64,000 nt of DNA from Octopus vulgaris (Eukaryota): positions 4,464,001 to 4,528,000 of the forward strand of contig OX597830.1 in assembly GCA_951406725.2 (NCBI GenBank), written 5' to 3'. Position numbers and translations under genes: made by a program. Of this stretch, positions 14,169 through 27,130 are shown in pieces (the first letter of the stretch is position 1; every line of letters begins with the position of its first letter). The notes below the pieces were generated by a model that was not told where the DNA came from, made no database searches, and saw only the letters and a program-made list of their open reading frames with translations.

Positions 14169-14384
14169 TACATATATATATGTATGTATATGTGTACGCC
14201 CATACATTTATATGCCCCCAATATTTCTTTTAGACAAAGAACCTGTAAACAATAAATGTAATTACCTGAGAAAGAGATATACAGGTAATGTATGTAATTA
14301 GCCTGATGCTATATAACTTCCATCCAGTTTCCCTTGGAAATATATGCAGTATGTATCTACTGTCTCTATTCCCTCTAAACGCAT
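13945..14384. mobile_element. Element with ~105-115-bp diverged inverted arms enclosing (TA)n-flanked fragments
   Basis: 13945-14050 (GTTTAGAGGGAATGGAGATGGTAGATAC...GTAATTACATACAT) pairs with 14270-14384 (ATGTATGTAATTA...GTATCTACTGTCTCTATTCCCTCTAAAC). Confidence 0.7.
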
Positions 14385-14504
14385 AAATGTATTTAATTAT
14401 GTTTGTTTTTATGAGAAGTTATATATAAAGACAGTTTAACATTAAACTGAAGGATTTCTCAATGCTAATAATAATACAGGCATACATATTCCACCTTACT
14501 GACA

Positions 14505-14760
14505 CCTGTGCCGGTGGCATGTGTAAAAGATTTGAGTGAGGTCATTGCCAGTACTGCCTGACTGGCCCCGTGCTGGTGTCACGTAAAAGCACCCACTACA
14601 CTCTCAGAGTGGTTGGCATTAGGAAGGACATCCAGCTGTAGAAACTCCGCCAGATCAAGATTGAAGCCTGGTGTAGCCATCTGGTTCGCCAGCCCTCAGT
14701 CAATCGTTCAACCCATGCTAGCATGGAAAACGGACGTTAAACGATGATGATGAGGAGGAG
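14505..14760 (+). mobile_element. SINE-like family C with (GAT)n tail (RTE-associated type)
   Basis: GGTTGGCATTAGGAAGGACATCCAGCTGTAGAAAC...CATGCTAGCATGGAAAACGGACGTTAAACGATGATG; other copies at ~22500, 24036-24223, 25560-25700, 34472-34885(-), 51126-51310(-), 54901-55048. Confidence 0.85.
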
Positions 14761-15825
14761 GATTATGTGATTCACTGGAACTTTGAAGTTTCACTTGCTT
14801 GAAACTTCATCACTGCTAAGTTTTTCCTTGTAAAATTTGATATATGTGTATGTGTCTCTGTTTGTGTGTATGTGTGTGTGTGTTTATAATATATTTATGT
14901 AGTATGTGTGCTTATATACATACATATATATATATGTATATATGTCTAAAAAATAACCCCAGTGTTGTGTACCTTCCTGTCCCCTAACTTAGCAGCTCAA
15001 CATATATCATGTATAGATGGATATAATAGGCTATGATTAAAAAAATCATCAGAGTTTATATGAAACACTAAAATCTTTGTTGATACTGCACCGGAATGAC
15101 CAAATTTCCATATCTAATCTCACTCAATAATGTTGAAAGACTAAAACAAAAGGTTCTTCATATTTGATTACTGCTTACCATTTACTGTTTATATATCTAC
15201 AGAATGAATTAAATTTTGATGTGTGTGTAATCAGTGAATGATAACACCAAACAAATTTCTCTGTTCTTGTTTAATTTGCTGATATAACAAAGATAGCCCT
15301 GTCACCAAATCTCCCTGGCACCATTAAGCTAATTACCACAACAGTTCCTGAATATATGAACAACAAGCCTACACTGAGGCCAGGCTGACATAGCTGTAAT
15401 ATCAACTGAACTCTGATACTGTATCTCTTAAATTTAGATCAGAGAATCTCTAAAATGGATCCCAGCAATGATGATACACAGAACCAACTGCTACAAAGTG
15501 ATTATATTTTAGGCATGGCTCACACATGAATATCTCAAGATACCCATGTAATTATATATACCTAACAATATTCAGCAATTCACTAAGATATGCTGGGATA
15601 CAGTATCAATTAAATATTTCCACATGCATCAAGACCTTCTCCTATCAAAATGAACATTTAACAACATACCAGAACAGCTACTACTTGAATACTTTATGAA
15701 AATTACTGCCTTGCCACTCTAAAGAATAATTTTGCATAACAAAACATCTATGCATCTTTTGAACCCTTTGAGCTCTGAGTTTATGAATACCATTTAGCCT
15801 ACACATACCAGTCACTCAAGTTTTA

Positions 15826-15960
15826 ATCACAGAGCATTAGTGGTCCTAAAACTGGTTGGCCACTTAAATTTCATCCAGAGAGTATTAGTGGTCCCTAAAA
15901 TGGCCACTTAAGTTTTAGCTATATATTATTAGCAGTCCTAAAATAAGCCACTTGAGCTCA
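15826..15960. repeat. Degenerate ~45-bp tandem repeat x3
   Basis: Recurring ATTAGTGGTCCTAAAA...GGCCACTTAA. Confidence 0.6.
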
Positions 15961-16864
15961 AAGGATTAATAATTGTGGAAGAAACTGTATTAATATGCAA
16001 CGATTGAAATGTTACCAAATTGCTTCTTTGGTATTAATTTCCACAAATATTTCTCCACTCTTGAACAAACTCCATGCTGCATATCTAGGTTGCAACTGCA
16101 TGCCATGCTGCACCATCGCAGTACCCTAGATCTTCTGCTACACATAATCAAACACATCCAAATACATGACTGCTGACCAGACTGAGGTGTAACATTCGTC
16201 ATGTACTTCACTGAACAGTTTAAATCACTCATAAATCTTTAATCAGCAACCATCTTACTTTTACAAAGAGATTACTTGGTTAGCTCAATAACGCTGGATG
16301 TAATACTAACATTCCAAATAACTATAAATTTTTTTTATGAGTCATTGTGACATTTGCATAAATCAAAAGGCTTACAAGAATTGCACAAATAATATTATAA
16401 GTAATCCACAAACACACCTCTACATAAATAATACACACACACACATTTATGGATTGGTGAATATTTGCTTTTACAAACAGGTGAAGGTGTACTCAATACA
16501 TAGAGTGTAAATGTTTTTATATGATTTTGAAGTTTTTTGAATCATAACTTCATCTTCTCTGTTTAATTTAATTAGAAAAATTAAATTCAAACCTACACTA
16601 CTAGTGGTGTCAACTTACTAATAATAATAACAGCATACAAATATGTATTTGATAAAAAGCCATAATGTCCAGTTTCTTAGGCCACTGAGTGTGAATTTAG
16701 ACCTTGTCTTGTGTTGGTTGCTCATCTCCAAGTTTATATTTTACTGAACATCTAAAATATATATGTAGATTATTTATGAAGGAAAAGTGTTGTTTTGCAT
16801 GCAGTAGGATTATATATGTTTTTCGCATATCTATGTGGGAAACACGTCAAAAATAAGGGTGCTA

Positions 16865-17051
16865 TTACTCTTTTACTTGTTTCAGTCATTTGACTGCAGC
16901 CATGCTGGAGCACCGCCTTTAGTCGAGCAAAGCGACCCCAGGACTTATTCTTTGTAAGCCTAGTACTTATTCTATCGGTCTCTTTTGTCGAACCGTTAAG
17001 TTACGGGGATGTAAACACACCACCATCGGTTGTCAAACGATGTTGGGGAGG

Positions 17052-17094
<43 letters not shown>

Positions 17095-17255
17095 ACGGGC
17101 TTCTTTCAGTTTCCATCTACCAAATCCACTCACAAGGCTTTGGTTGGCCCAAAGCTATAGTAGAAGACACTTGCCCAAGATACCACGCAGTGGGACTGAA
17201 CCCGGAACCATGTGGTTGGTAAGCAAGCTACTTACCACACAGCCACTCCTGCGCC
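16865..17255 (-). mobile_element. SINE family A, best-preserved full-length copy (octopus OR/OK-type tRNA-derived SINE)
   Basis: Sense head GGCGCAGGAGTGGCTGTGTGGTAAG (A box)...GGTTCAGTCCC (B box); internal (TA)/(TG) tract; tail GGCGGTGCTCCAGCATGGCTGCAGTCAAATGACTGAAACAAGTAAAAGAG. Confidence 0.9.
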
Positions 17256-17579
17256 TATTATTTAAGATTGCGTAAGATATCTCAACAGACAATGAGAACT
17301 CTGTGTGTGCCATTATCATCTTCATTTTAACCTTCTCTTTCTCGTGTTTGTATGAACCAGACAGATTTTGGTGGTGCAGATTTTCTATGGTCAGATGTGC
17401 TTCCTGTTGCCAAGCTGCATCTATTTCCATGCAACGAGGATCTTTCCACATGACTGGATAGGATATTTTATGGAAGACTGAAAATGAATAACACGACTTT
17501 TATGAGGGAAACACTTTTACACTTGTAATGTGGTGTCGAAATGAGAAAAACATAAACACACACGCACACACATACATAT

Positions 17580-17745
17580 ATATAACAGGCTTCTTTCAGT
17601 TTCTGTCTACCAAATCCTTTCACAAGGATTTAGTCAGCCTGAGGCTATAGTAGCAGACACTTGCCCAAGGTACCATGCACTTAGACTGAACCCAGAACCA
17701 TGTGGTTGGTAAGCAAGCTCCTTACCACACAGCTACTCTTGTACC
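17580..17745 (-). mobile_element. SINE family A, head fragment
   Basis: GGCTTCTTTCAGTTTCTGTCTACCAAATCC...CTTACCACACAGC. Confidence 0.8.
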
Positions 17746-18268
17746 TAGACAGACAGACAGATAGATAGTTAGATAGATAGATAGATAGATTGAGAGAGAG
17801 ACATACATTTATAAACACATGCATAAAACACACACACATATATATGATAAAAGATATATATATATATATATACATATATGATGATGCTGATGATGATACA
17901 TTGCATTAACCACAGCCAAAATAAATTCCCTGACAGAATCAGCATGGCTCAATGTACGACTGTCAATTTGAGTCAACAACTACAATCCACATTATGGGCT
18001 ACCATTTCCATCAACCTAATATCACTCCCAATGTATGGGGTGATTTAAAGGGGTGACACAAATGACATTTGCCCCAGTTTGGGAAGAAACCCAACACCTC
18101 CTTGTTACAAAACAAACTCCATGCACACATGTGCAATGCATGTGTGTGCATGGGAAGCTTGCTTATATACATATGTGTGAGATATGTGTGTGTGTGTGTA
18201 TAAATGTATGTGTATGCAGTGATGTGATCATCATCAACATCATCACTATCATGTTATTCTGGGATCGG

Positions 18269-18497
18269 TTAACCTTTTAGCATTTAAACTGGCCAAATCT
18301 GGCTCAAATATTTTACATGTTTTTACATTCAAACTGGCCACATCTAACCTTTCATACCGAACCTACTCTAACATGCTAAAAATAAGCAACCACATCATCA
18401 AATTCTCAAAGCTGTGAGATAATGCATGATTCAAACCAATTTAAATTTTTTAAAATGCATTACATTTGACGGAGTAATCTGAACATTAAGGTGTTAA
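18269..18497. mobile_element. piggyBac-type MITE (TTAA-flanked)
   Basis: TTAA at 18269 and 18494; degenerate TIRs CCTTTTAGCATTTAA / CTGAACATTAAGGTG; related interrupted copy at ~49334-49925. Confidence 0.6.
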
Positions 18498-19014
18498 ATG
18501 AGATTTCCTTGTGGAAATGTTTTAAGGCCTGACCTGATGCCCTTCGATCAGCAATACTTTTCAGGGTTTCTTTAACATACAGGGACATGGTAGACCTATT
18601 CTAAAAGCAGAGTGTGTTCACCTGTGGATAGAGAGAGGGAGAGACAGACAGAGCCAGAGATAATATATACACATAAACACACACACTCACATACACACAT
18701 ACACATACTTTTATTGAAAGATATTGGTCATATTGTGATTTGCTTGCACCAAAATAGATGGTATGACAGTCTCTTGCAGTTTATTCATCTTAGAAAACAT
18801 CAATACCAGACTTAAAAACTGGTTCCCACTTCAAAAGTTTCCTTTTCATAACTCTGTCTCTGTTATTGGTACACAAATTTTATAGCTACATAACCAGAGG
18901 TCTAATAGTCTTAAATATTTGGTTCAGCAATATTACATACAAATATATAAAACACACACACATGAAGTGAAATTAATGAGAAAGAAACAGGAAATTATGC
19001 AATGAACACTTCAT

Positions 19015-19082
19015 TAGCTCACAGCTGTTTCTGCTATAAGCTGCAATGCACTCCTAGTTGAGTGCATGTGTCCTTGGAGCTA
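19015..19082 (-). ncRNA. Degenerate type-I hammerhead ribozyme remnant
   Basis: Minus strand: UAGCU-CCAAGGA-[hairpin AUGCACUC/GAGUGCAU]-GAAA-CAGCUG-UG-AGCUA; stem I and palindromic stem III intact, core and cleavage triplet (GUG) mutated. Confidence 0.45.
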
Positions 19083-19480
19083 GATATTAGGTATATGTCG
19101 TGCACTTTGAATTGTGCTCTACAACTGTGTGTGTGTGCATCTAAGTGCTTGTGTTTGTTCGCACCATTTGGCAACTGGTTTTTTTGATATCCTCACAACT
19201 TGGGGGAAAGAGAGTGACAGAATATGCACCTGATTTAATAGTAAACAGTTTGGTTTAAGAGACAAACAAAAGCTGTCGAAGGAGGTGCCCCAGCATCACC
19301 TCAGCATGGCCTCCGTCCAGTGACTGATAGAAATAAAAGAATGACAGCAGAACTGATGTGATGTGTGACACTGTTAGGACTAATTATGTTGCCATGGTGC
19401 TGAAGTGATGGATAAAATAAAGTTTCAGGACATTTAACCTTGAAAGACAAGTTCAAAAGTAAATGCAAGAAATTAATATA

Positions 19481-19768
19481 GATGATGATGGTGGTGGCAG
19501 TGGTGGTTGTGACGATGATGGTGGTTGTGGCAGTGGTGACGATGATGATGGTGGTGGTGGTTGTAACTCTGATGGTGAGGATGATGGTGGTGATGGTGGT
19601 GGTGATGGTGATGGTGATGGTGGTGGTGGTGGTGGTGGTGGTGGTGATGGTGGTAACTCTGATGGTAATGATGATGGTAGTGGTGATGGTGGTGGTGACG
19701 ATGATGATGATGGTGATGGTGATGATGGTGATGACGGTGGTGGTGGTGGTGATGGTGATGGTGATGAT
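19481..19768. repeat. (GGT/GAT)n trinucleotide microsatellite
   Basis: Direct reading. Confidence 0.95.
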
Positions 19769-19827
19769 GAGTTTATTGTGTGCGGTGCTCAAGTGCACTG
19801 TAACTTTTTAGAAAAAGGATAAAAGAG

Positions 19828-19867
<40 letters not shown>

Positions 19868-20943
19868 CAGTAAGTGAAATAAAGAAGAACAGCAATGAAA
19901 GCGAAAGGTGCGTTTGCAGTAAACAGAATAAAGCACAAAACCACGGCAAAGTGAACAGTGAAAGAGTCATAAAGAGGGGGAAAGGGTGCCTGGGAGTAGG
20001 AGTGGAGAATTCCAGGAAGCATGGAAATTTTTAAGGAATATTCATGATACTGAGTAAATAATATCATGATAATGATGATGATGATAGTGGTGATGATGGT
20101 GAAGGTGGTGGTGGTGTTGACAATGCTATATGAAGAAAGTAGGTGAGTGCGAAACCTAGGTTTGCTTTTCCATTATTGCTTCTTATGTAAAGTCAAAGTT
20201 CTTTCTAGAAATGTAGGTAAGTGTATATAAAAAAATATAGAAAAAAGAAATCAAAAGAAAAAGAAAAAACTTCCATATGAAAATGTTTACCAAAAATATA
20301 CATTTTCTCCAAAGTATATAGAGTATGCTTTTAGGAATATATTTATAGATCCCTTTTGACATCATTTGTCAATCTTAATAAAACGAATATAATTAAGCCG
20401 AACAGATTCACGAGGATACTCAACACAAATGTTGTCTTCAACTATTTCTTCGTTAATATTGAAGGCAGAATGGTGTTAATACACGAATCTTTCATTTCCC
20501 TCTCACACTTCTCACCCTCTCTCTCTCTCTCTCTCCCCACTCTCTTTTCCTCCCTCCCCCCACCGCCTATAGTTAGTAATTATTTACCATGTGCTTTAAA
20601 TCTATTTCACTTAGAAGCCAACAGATACATATAACTCATAACTACCATTCAATCTGCCATGTCTGTTTTGTGGTTTTGCTTCTGATAAAATGCTTTGTGT
20701 AGTTTGTCCAAATGTATAAATTGAAGATGGCTATATTTATTTTATACACATTATGTTAGACACAGAACCTGCATGGTCAGATATGAAACTCATAATGATT
20801 ATGTTATTTTGTTTATTTTTGTCAGTGTGCTTATAAATCCTCTATACATAACATATATCTATACATATACAGACATATATATACATATACAAATATATAT
20901 ATACACAATAATACATAATATATATCTATACATATACTGACAA

Positions 20944-20976
<33 letters not shown>

Positions 20977-22603
20977 TATACATACATGTACATAAATACA
21001 GATATACACAATATAAACACACACATATATGTGTACACCACAAACACACATGCACAGGTGTATATGTCTGTCAATGAATATGAAAGTGTGTTTGTTGCCG
21101 TGTAAATAGTACCCCTATCACCACCAACTTAAAGCACAATATTTCATTTGCCTTGCTTCATATATAAAACTATTTTAAGGTAGGGCCATCCCCACCCCTC
21201 AAGGGTAATAAAAGCAAATCTAAAAAGGAAATAAAAACAACAAAATAAAAAGCAAGAACAGAGTCTTGTTGGTATGTAGCGCTTGAAGTGAACTGTATGG
21301 TACCACACCTTTCATGATTGCAGTTAATAGTTGAGTAAGAGCAGCAGCTGCTGGGTGTGTATGTTTCGAGAGAGAGAGAGAGAGAGAGAGAGGGGGGAGT
21401 AGAACTGTTTATGGATGGACAGGGAAAGTATTTGATTGTCTTCCAGCCATAACAATAACAGCAACAACAGCCATTATCTTGGAACTGATTCTTGTAATAA
21501 ATAAACCATTGGATGGTGATGTAATTTACCATTAATTAACTGTAGAAAATATATTATTGTAATTAATATTTAAAATGATTAATTTATTTTAAAAAGATAA
21601 TTGAGTATTTGAAAACTGAGGAATTTCGCAGAGTATCAAAGCCTTATGTATAGAAGTATAGGTGCATGGTTTGTGTGGTCTCTAGTTCAGTCCTGTTGCT
21701 CAGCACCTTACTCATGTGTCTTCTACTACAGCCTTAAAGTGGCCAGTGCCTTGTGAGAGAAATTGGTCAACAGAAATGGCATTAAACATCTTTGTGTGTG
21801 TGTGTATGTGAAAGAGAGAGAAAGAGGGAGGTAAATCTGGGCTGCTATTTCTAGCATGTTGAATGACCACATAGATGTAAAAATGTGGACGGAAGTATAG
21901 AATTTGTTGATAGTTATTCAATAAAAAAAGGTTTTCGGTAAAAGGTAGAGATTTATCTTCATGAAAATATATTAGAGAATTTCTTTCACTTTCAGATAAA
22001 ATTTTAATGTATGAAACCATCAACATTTACATATGTGACAGAAGTTAGAAAAAGTAAACTAGGGAAAAAAAGAAAAGAAGGAAAATATTGAAAGCAATTT
22101 GCGATTGTGATTTGACTTTGAACTGCAAAGGTGAGATGAAAGTGAACAATAATGGTCAGTGACAATTGAAATAGAGAGAGCTATATCGGTAGAAGAATGG
22201 CAGGATAGTGTGTGTGTGCTAATTATCAAATAAATAGTGTGCACATATATTTGTAAGTAGGTGTAATGGCTTCGTAGGATTTTATAGAAATTTGTTTCTT
22301 TTCTTTTTCTTTCTCTTTTACTGTGGAATGCAAAGACATTTTTCAGGCTTGATGCCAACCGAAGCTTCATCTCTCCTACTTTTGAGATTCTGTGATGATT
22401 CTAAAAGAGCATCACCATCATACAAGTGGTGCCATTCTTTTCTAATCCTCTGTGGAAACATGTCTAGCCATGAGGAAATATTACTTTCCTTGGAGACAGG
22501 CGAAGGTTGGTGACATGAAGGGCATCCAGCTGTAGAAAATCTGCCTCAATGAATTCCATCCAACTTATGCAAGTACAAAAAAGGGGACATTAAAATGATG
22601 AGG

Positions 22604-22643
<40 letters not shown>

Positions 22644-22808
22644 TACAGGGGTGGCTGTGTGATAAGAAGCTTGCTTCCCAACCACATGGTTCCAGGTTCA
22701 GTCTCACTGTGTAACACCTTGGGCAAGTATCTTCTACTGTAGCCTTGGGCCAACCAAAGCTTTGTGAGTGGATTTGGTAGACAGAAACTGAAAGTAGCCC
22801 ATTGTACA

Positions 22809-22870
<62 letters not shown>

Positions 22871-22871
<1 letters not shown>

Positions 22872-23331
22872 GTGACTACATGTGTATCGTTGGCGATTTT
22901 TTTCCTTCATCTTCATTTCCTTGGATCTTTCCTTTTCCTATGTTTCTGATGAAGAGCTCCGCTCGAAACTTTAAATCCTCATTCTTTCCTGAGCATCCAA
23001 TAACACTATACTTGTTCCACATCATCGTGTTGTTGTGTTTTCTCTTTGTTTTCATGTTTGGATTAACTATATATATATATATAATATCCTTTATATATGT
23101 ATATATATATATATATATAATATCCTGTGACCGTGTGTGTACCATTGGCGATTTTTTTCCCTCTGTCTTCCCTTCTCTGGATCTTTCCTTTTCCTGTTTT
23201 TGACGAAGAGCTCTGCTCAAAATGATAAACCCTCCTTCTTCCCTTTCTTCCCGAGCGTCCAATAATACTATATTTGTTCCACATCCTCGCGTTGTTGTGT
23301 TTTCTCCTTGTGTTTTCATGTTTGGATTAAC
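22871..23331 (+). mobile_element. Two tandem ~200-bp Penelope-like pLTR/retrozyme units (22871-23067, 23119-23331), each ending TTTGGATTAAC-(TA)n
   Basis: Units align end to end; each carries a minimal hammerhead motif. Confidence 0.75.
22941..22977 (+). ncRNA. Minimal type-I hammerhead ribozyme
   Basis: UGUUU-CUGAUGA-A-GAGC-UCC-GCUC-GAAAC-UUU-AAAUC; core intact, stem III G probably mutated (two-copy consensus GAAAC-GUU-AAAC); second, more decayed copy at 23195-23231. Confidence 0.7.
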
Positions 23332-23333
23332 TA

Positions 23334-23366
<33 letters not shown>

Positions 23367-23589
23367 TTGTGTATCTGTTTGTACCCCCACCATTGCTTGA
23401 CAACTGATGTTGGTGTGTTTACATCCCTATAACTTAGTAGTTCAGCAAAAGAGACTGATAGAATGAGTACTAGGCTTACAAAGAATAATTCCTGGGGTTG
23501 ATTTGTTTGACTAAAGGCAGTGCTGCAGCATGGCCACAGTCAACTGACTGAGACAAGTAATAAAATAAAAGAGTATATATATATGTATG

Positions 23590-24030
23590 TATTATATAAA
23601 AATTATAAATATTATTGCAATATAATACAATAGTATTATTTTCCAGCTAAGTAGAGCACCATAAAGGTAGAATTACTAGTGGTACAACAAGGTACCAATG
23701 TTTGCTGGGAATAGCAGCCGATAACAATACAATACTATGTAAAGCTTCACTGAATATATACTGGCAAAGATATGTACAGGTTATGCATTAATGTAACGAA
23801 TATTTTAAAATTTCATGTTTGGTGAATCTAGCTGATGAGGACAAATCGAATGAATGATAACAAACACATAAGGAAAGTCCAAAACTCGAGTACCAGATTA
23901 TCTACTGTAGGTTCTTCATCAATCCGGTGTTCTTACTAGAGGTAAGATGGAAAAGTTCTATATCCGTTCCTGCACATATCTTTGCCAGTATATATTCAGT
24001 GAAGCTTTACATAGTGTTGTACTATTTTCT
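23590..24030 (+). mobile_element. Non-coding Penelope-like insertion with 53-bp inverted arms flanking a hammerhead
   Basis: Arms 23728-23780 and 23969-24021; TA-rich flanks. Confidence 0.75.
23825..23899 (+). ncRNA. Type-I hammerhead ribozyme (G12A-mutated)
   Basis: AAUCUAG-CUGAUGA-GGAC-[34 nt]-GUCC-AAAA-CUCGAG-UA-CCAGAUU; palindromic stem III ACUCGAGU, GUA triplet. Confidence 0.8.
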
Positions 24031-24819
24031 ATATGTGTGGCATGTAAAAAACACCCACTCTCGAAGTGGTCAGCGTTAGGAAGGGCATCCAGCTGTAGGA
24101 ACCATGCCAAATCAGATTTGCATCTGGTGCAGCCATTTGGTTCGCCAGTCCTCAGTCAAACCGTCCAACCCATGCCAGCATGGCAAGCGGATGTTAAGCG
24201 ACAACGATGATGATGATGATGATGTATACATATGTTAATGTTTGTCTTTTTGCGTTCAGTTTCAATAGAAACAATTTTACATTAATCTGACTTTACAGGG
24301 TCTCTTTTGAGTCAATATCTTCCTTGAGTGTTGTATTTTGAGTGGAGTGGTAATTAGATTTTAGGATGGGTTGTTATGGAGTGGTGTTTTGGAGAAATTT
24401 TTATTAATTAATTTTGGGGCTATGTTTTTGTTTAGAATGTATACAGGGATGTTAACTTTGTAAGCAGGTGTGAATGTGTAGATGAATATTTAGCCTGACA
24501 AAGGCTTAAATGGCCAAAATCTCGAAGTTACTGTCAATAATATTCTAGTTTAAGAAAAATGAATATATATGTGTGTGTGTGTTTACTTAAAGAGATAAAT
24601 ATATATGACTCTTTAACTTGTTTCAGCTTTAAAGCTATGTTCATGCTGGGGCACCACTGTTACATACATACACACACACACACATATGGAAGAGAGATAC
24701 ACACACATCACACATATATGGAAGAAAGATACACACACATCACACATATACATATTGTCTATAATCCAAGGAGAAAAATGAACACACTAGACAGTAAAGT
24801 GGGTCTAATTTGAATACAT

Positions 24820-24985
24820 ATATTCTTTTCTACTCAAGGCACAAGGCCTGAAAATTTTTGGGGAGGGGACCAGTTGATTAGATCAACCCAGTACTCAACC
24901 GGTACTTAGTATATCAACCCCAAAAGGATGAAAGGCAAAGCTGATCTTAGTGGAATTTGAACTCAGAACATAAAGACAGATGAAT
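24820..24985 (-). mobile_element. SINE family B fragment
   Basis: AAAGGATGAAAGGCAAAG...GGAATTTGAACTCAGAAC. Confidence 0.8.
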
Positions 24986-25142
24986 TTGAATATATATATA
25001 TTGATAAACTTATTTGGGCCAAGTTGGCAAATAGTTTCCTGTAAGGTCAGGTTTCCTTAAAGAAAGTAACAAGACCAAAAGGTTTCACAAGAACTCTATG
25101 ACTGGCTACAAATGGGTCTGAAGTTTATAAGTTTCTATTCTA

Positions 25143-25503
25143 TGGGCGCAGGTGTGGCTGAATGGTAAGAAGATTGTTTCACAACCTCATGGTCCTGAGT
25201 TCAGTTCCACTGCATGGCATCATGGGAAAGTGTGTTCTTATATAATCCCAAGTCAACCAAAGCTTTAAGAGTGGATTTGGTCGACGGAAACTGAAGGAAG
25301 CCTGTCATATATATGTATATATGTGTAATTTTTTTTGTGTCTGTGTTTGTCCCACCACCTCTTGGTGTGTTTACATCTCCGTAACTTAACAGTTCAGCAA
25401 AAGAGACTGATAAAATAAGTACTGGAACAATTCATTTAACTAAAATTCTTCAAAGCAGTACTCCAGCATGGCCATCGTCCGATGACTGAAACAAACAAAA
25501 GAT
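25143..25503 (+). mobile_element. SINE family A, full length
   Basis: GGCGCAGGTGTGGCTGAATGGTAAG...CAGCATGGCCATCGTCCGATGACTGAAACAAAC. Confidence 0.85.
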
Positions 25504-26332
25504 AAACGATATTCAAATGCCTGGACACACACACACACGCAGAGTACAGTGTATGTAATGGTTGGCATTAGGAAGGGTTTTCCAGCCATAGAAACTATGC
25601 CAAAGCCGACAAGTGGAGCCCAATACAGCTCTTGGACCCTTCAGATCCTGTCAAACCATCCAACCCATGCCAGCATGGAAGTTGGGCATTAAATGATGAT
25701 GATGGTGGTGGTGGTGGTGGTGGTGATGGTGATGATGGTGATGATGGTTGTATATGATGTGCATTTCAATGATTAAGTTCTCTTTAGTTCCAAAAAGGAC
25801 TCAGTAGAATTGGTAAGCAGTAAATGAATATATATTTGAAAGAATATCTTCTAATATATTATGGTTTGTTGCATTCGTTGCACTTGAAGCTGGTTCTGTG
25901 GAGACATTGATAAATATGTTTCATTTGATTATTGAAATTGTTAAAGAAAGGAAAGAAGAGAGAAGGAAATAAGCTTTGACGGGGTGGGGGGTGGAAGGGT
26001 TGGAGAAGGGTGGAGGTGGGGGAGGAAGAATAGCAGAAGAGGTGGTGGTGGTGGGGGGGAGACTTTAAGTACAAAGACACTGTGAGAGAAAGGAGGAGTA
26101 TTGAGGGGCAGTGGGAGGAGACTACTAGACAAGTACTGACTATTGCTGATGCTCGTTTAAGTATCCAACTAGAAGAGTCCAGTTGAAACAATGAAATTAA
26201 TTTAAAATTTAAATTAACCAGTTCACTCTGTAGCTTGACAGTCAGAATAGGCGAAAGGTTGTTTGTCATAACCTAGTATGGAAAAGAAAACAACCAGCTG
26301 GCTATTAACCTACTTATTTAATGAGTTCTTAT

Positions 26333-27130
26333 GGTGTAGGTGTGGCTGTGTGGTAAGTCGGCAAGCTGGCAGAAACATTAGCACGCTGGGCGAAAAGCTT
26401 AGCGGTATTTCGTCTGCCACTACGTTCTGAGTTCAAATACCACCGAGGTTGACTTTGCCTTTCATCCTTTTGGGGTCGATTAAATAAGTACCAATTACGC
26501 ACTGGGGGTTGATATAATCAACTTAATCCATTAGTCTGTCCTTGTTTGTACCCTCTGTGTTTAGCCCCTTGTGGGTAGTAAAGGAATAGGTATTTCGTCT
26601 GCTGCTACGTTCTGAGTTCAAATTCTGCCGAGGTCCACTTTGCCTTTCATCCTTTCGGGGTCGATTAAATAAGTACCAGTTACGCACTGGGGGTTGATAT
26701 AATCAACTTAATCCATTAGTCTGTCCTTGTTTGTACCCTCTGTGTTTAGCCCCTTGTAGGCAATAAAGAAATAAGAAGCTTGCTTCCTTACCACATAGTT
26801 TTAGGTTCAGTCCCACTGCATAGCACCTTGGCCAAGTGTCTTCTACTACAGCTGTGGGCAAACCATATCTTGTGAGTGGATTTGGTAGACAGAAACTTAA
26901 AGAAGCCCATTTTGTGTGTGTGTATGTGTGTCTTTGTGTCTGTGTTTGTCCTCCACCACCACTTGACCACTCGTATTGGTTTGTTTATGTTCCATAACTT
27001 ATCGATTCAGCCAAAAAAGACCAATAGAATATTTACTAGGCTTGAAAACTTAAAATCCCGGGGTTGATGCATTTGACTGGCAGTGCTCCAGCATGGCCAC
27101 AGTCTAATGACTGAGACAAGTAAGAAAGAT
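26333..27130 (+). mobile_element. SINE family A with a dimeric family-B SINE (26358-26775) inserted in its tRNA head
   Basis: A head breaks at GTGGTAAG|AAGCTTGCTT; B body (GAGTTCAAAT..GCCGAGGT..ACTTTGCCTTTCATCCTTT) occurs twice; TAAG at both junctions. Confidence 0.88.

Larger units (their letters stand above)
22641..23573 (+). mobile_element. SINE family A interrupted in its internal microsatellite by two HHR-bearing units
   Basis: Head 22641-22805, tail ~23365-23573, inserts 22871-23331. Confidence 0.85.

Noticed and set aside
15826-15960. CRISPR-like spaced repeats
   Set aside because: Degenerate eukaryotic minisatellite with no constant repeat, unique spacers or cas genes
19463-19822. 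Gly/Asp-rich 119-aa ORF resembling a structural protein
   Set aside because: (GGT/GAT)n microsatellite open in several frames; no signal peptide or splice support
22876-23403. 175-aa minus-strand ORF
   Set aside because: Spans two repeat units and microsatellites, antisense to the HHR units
25980-26060. G-rich tract with G-quadruplex potential (also ~31000-31080)
   Set aside because: Ordinary purine-rich low-complexity DNA with no supporting context
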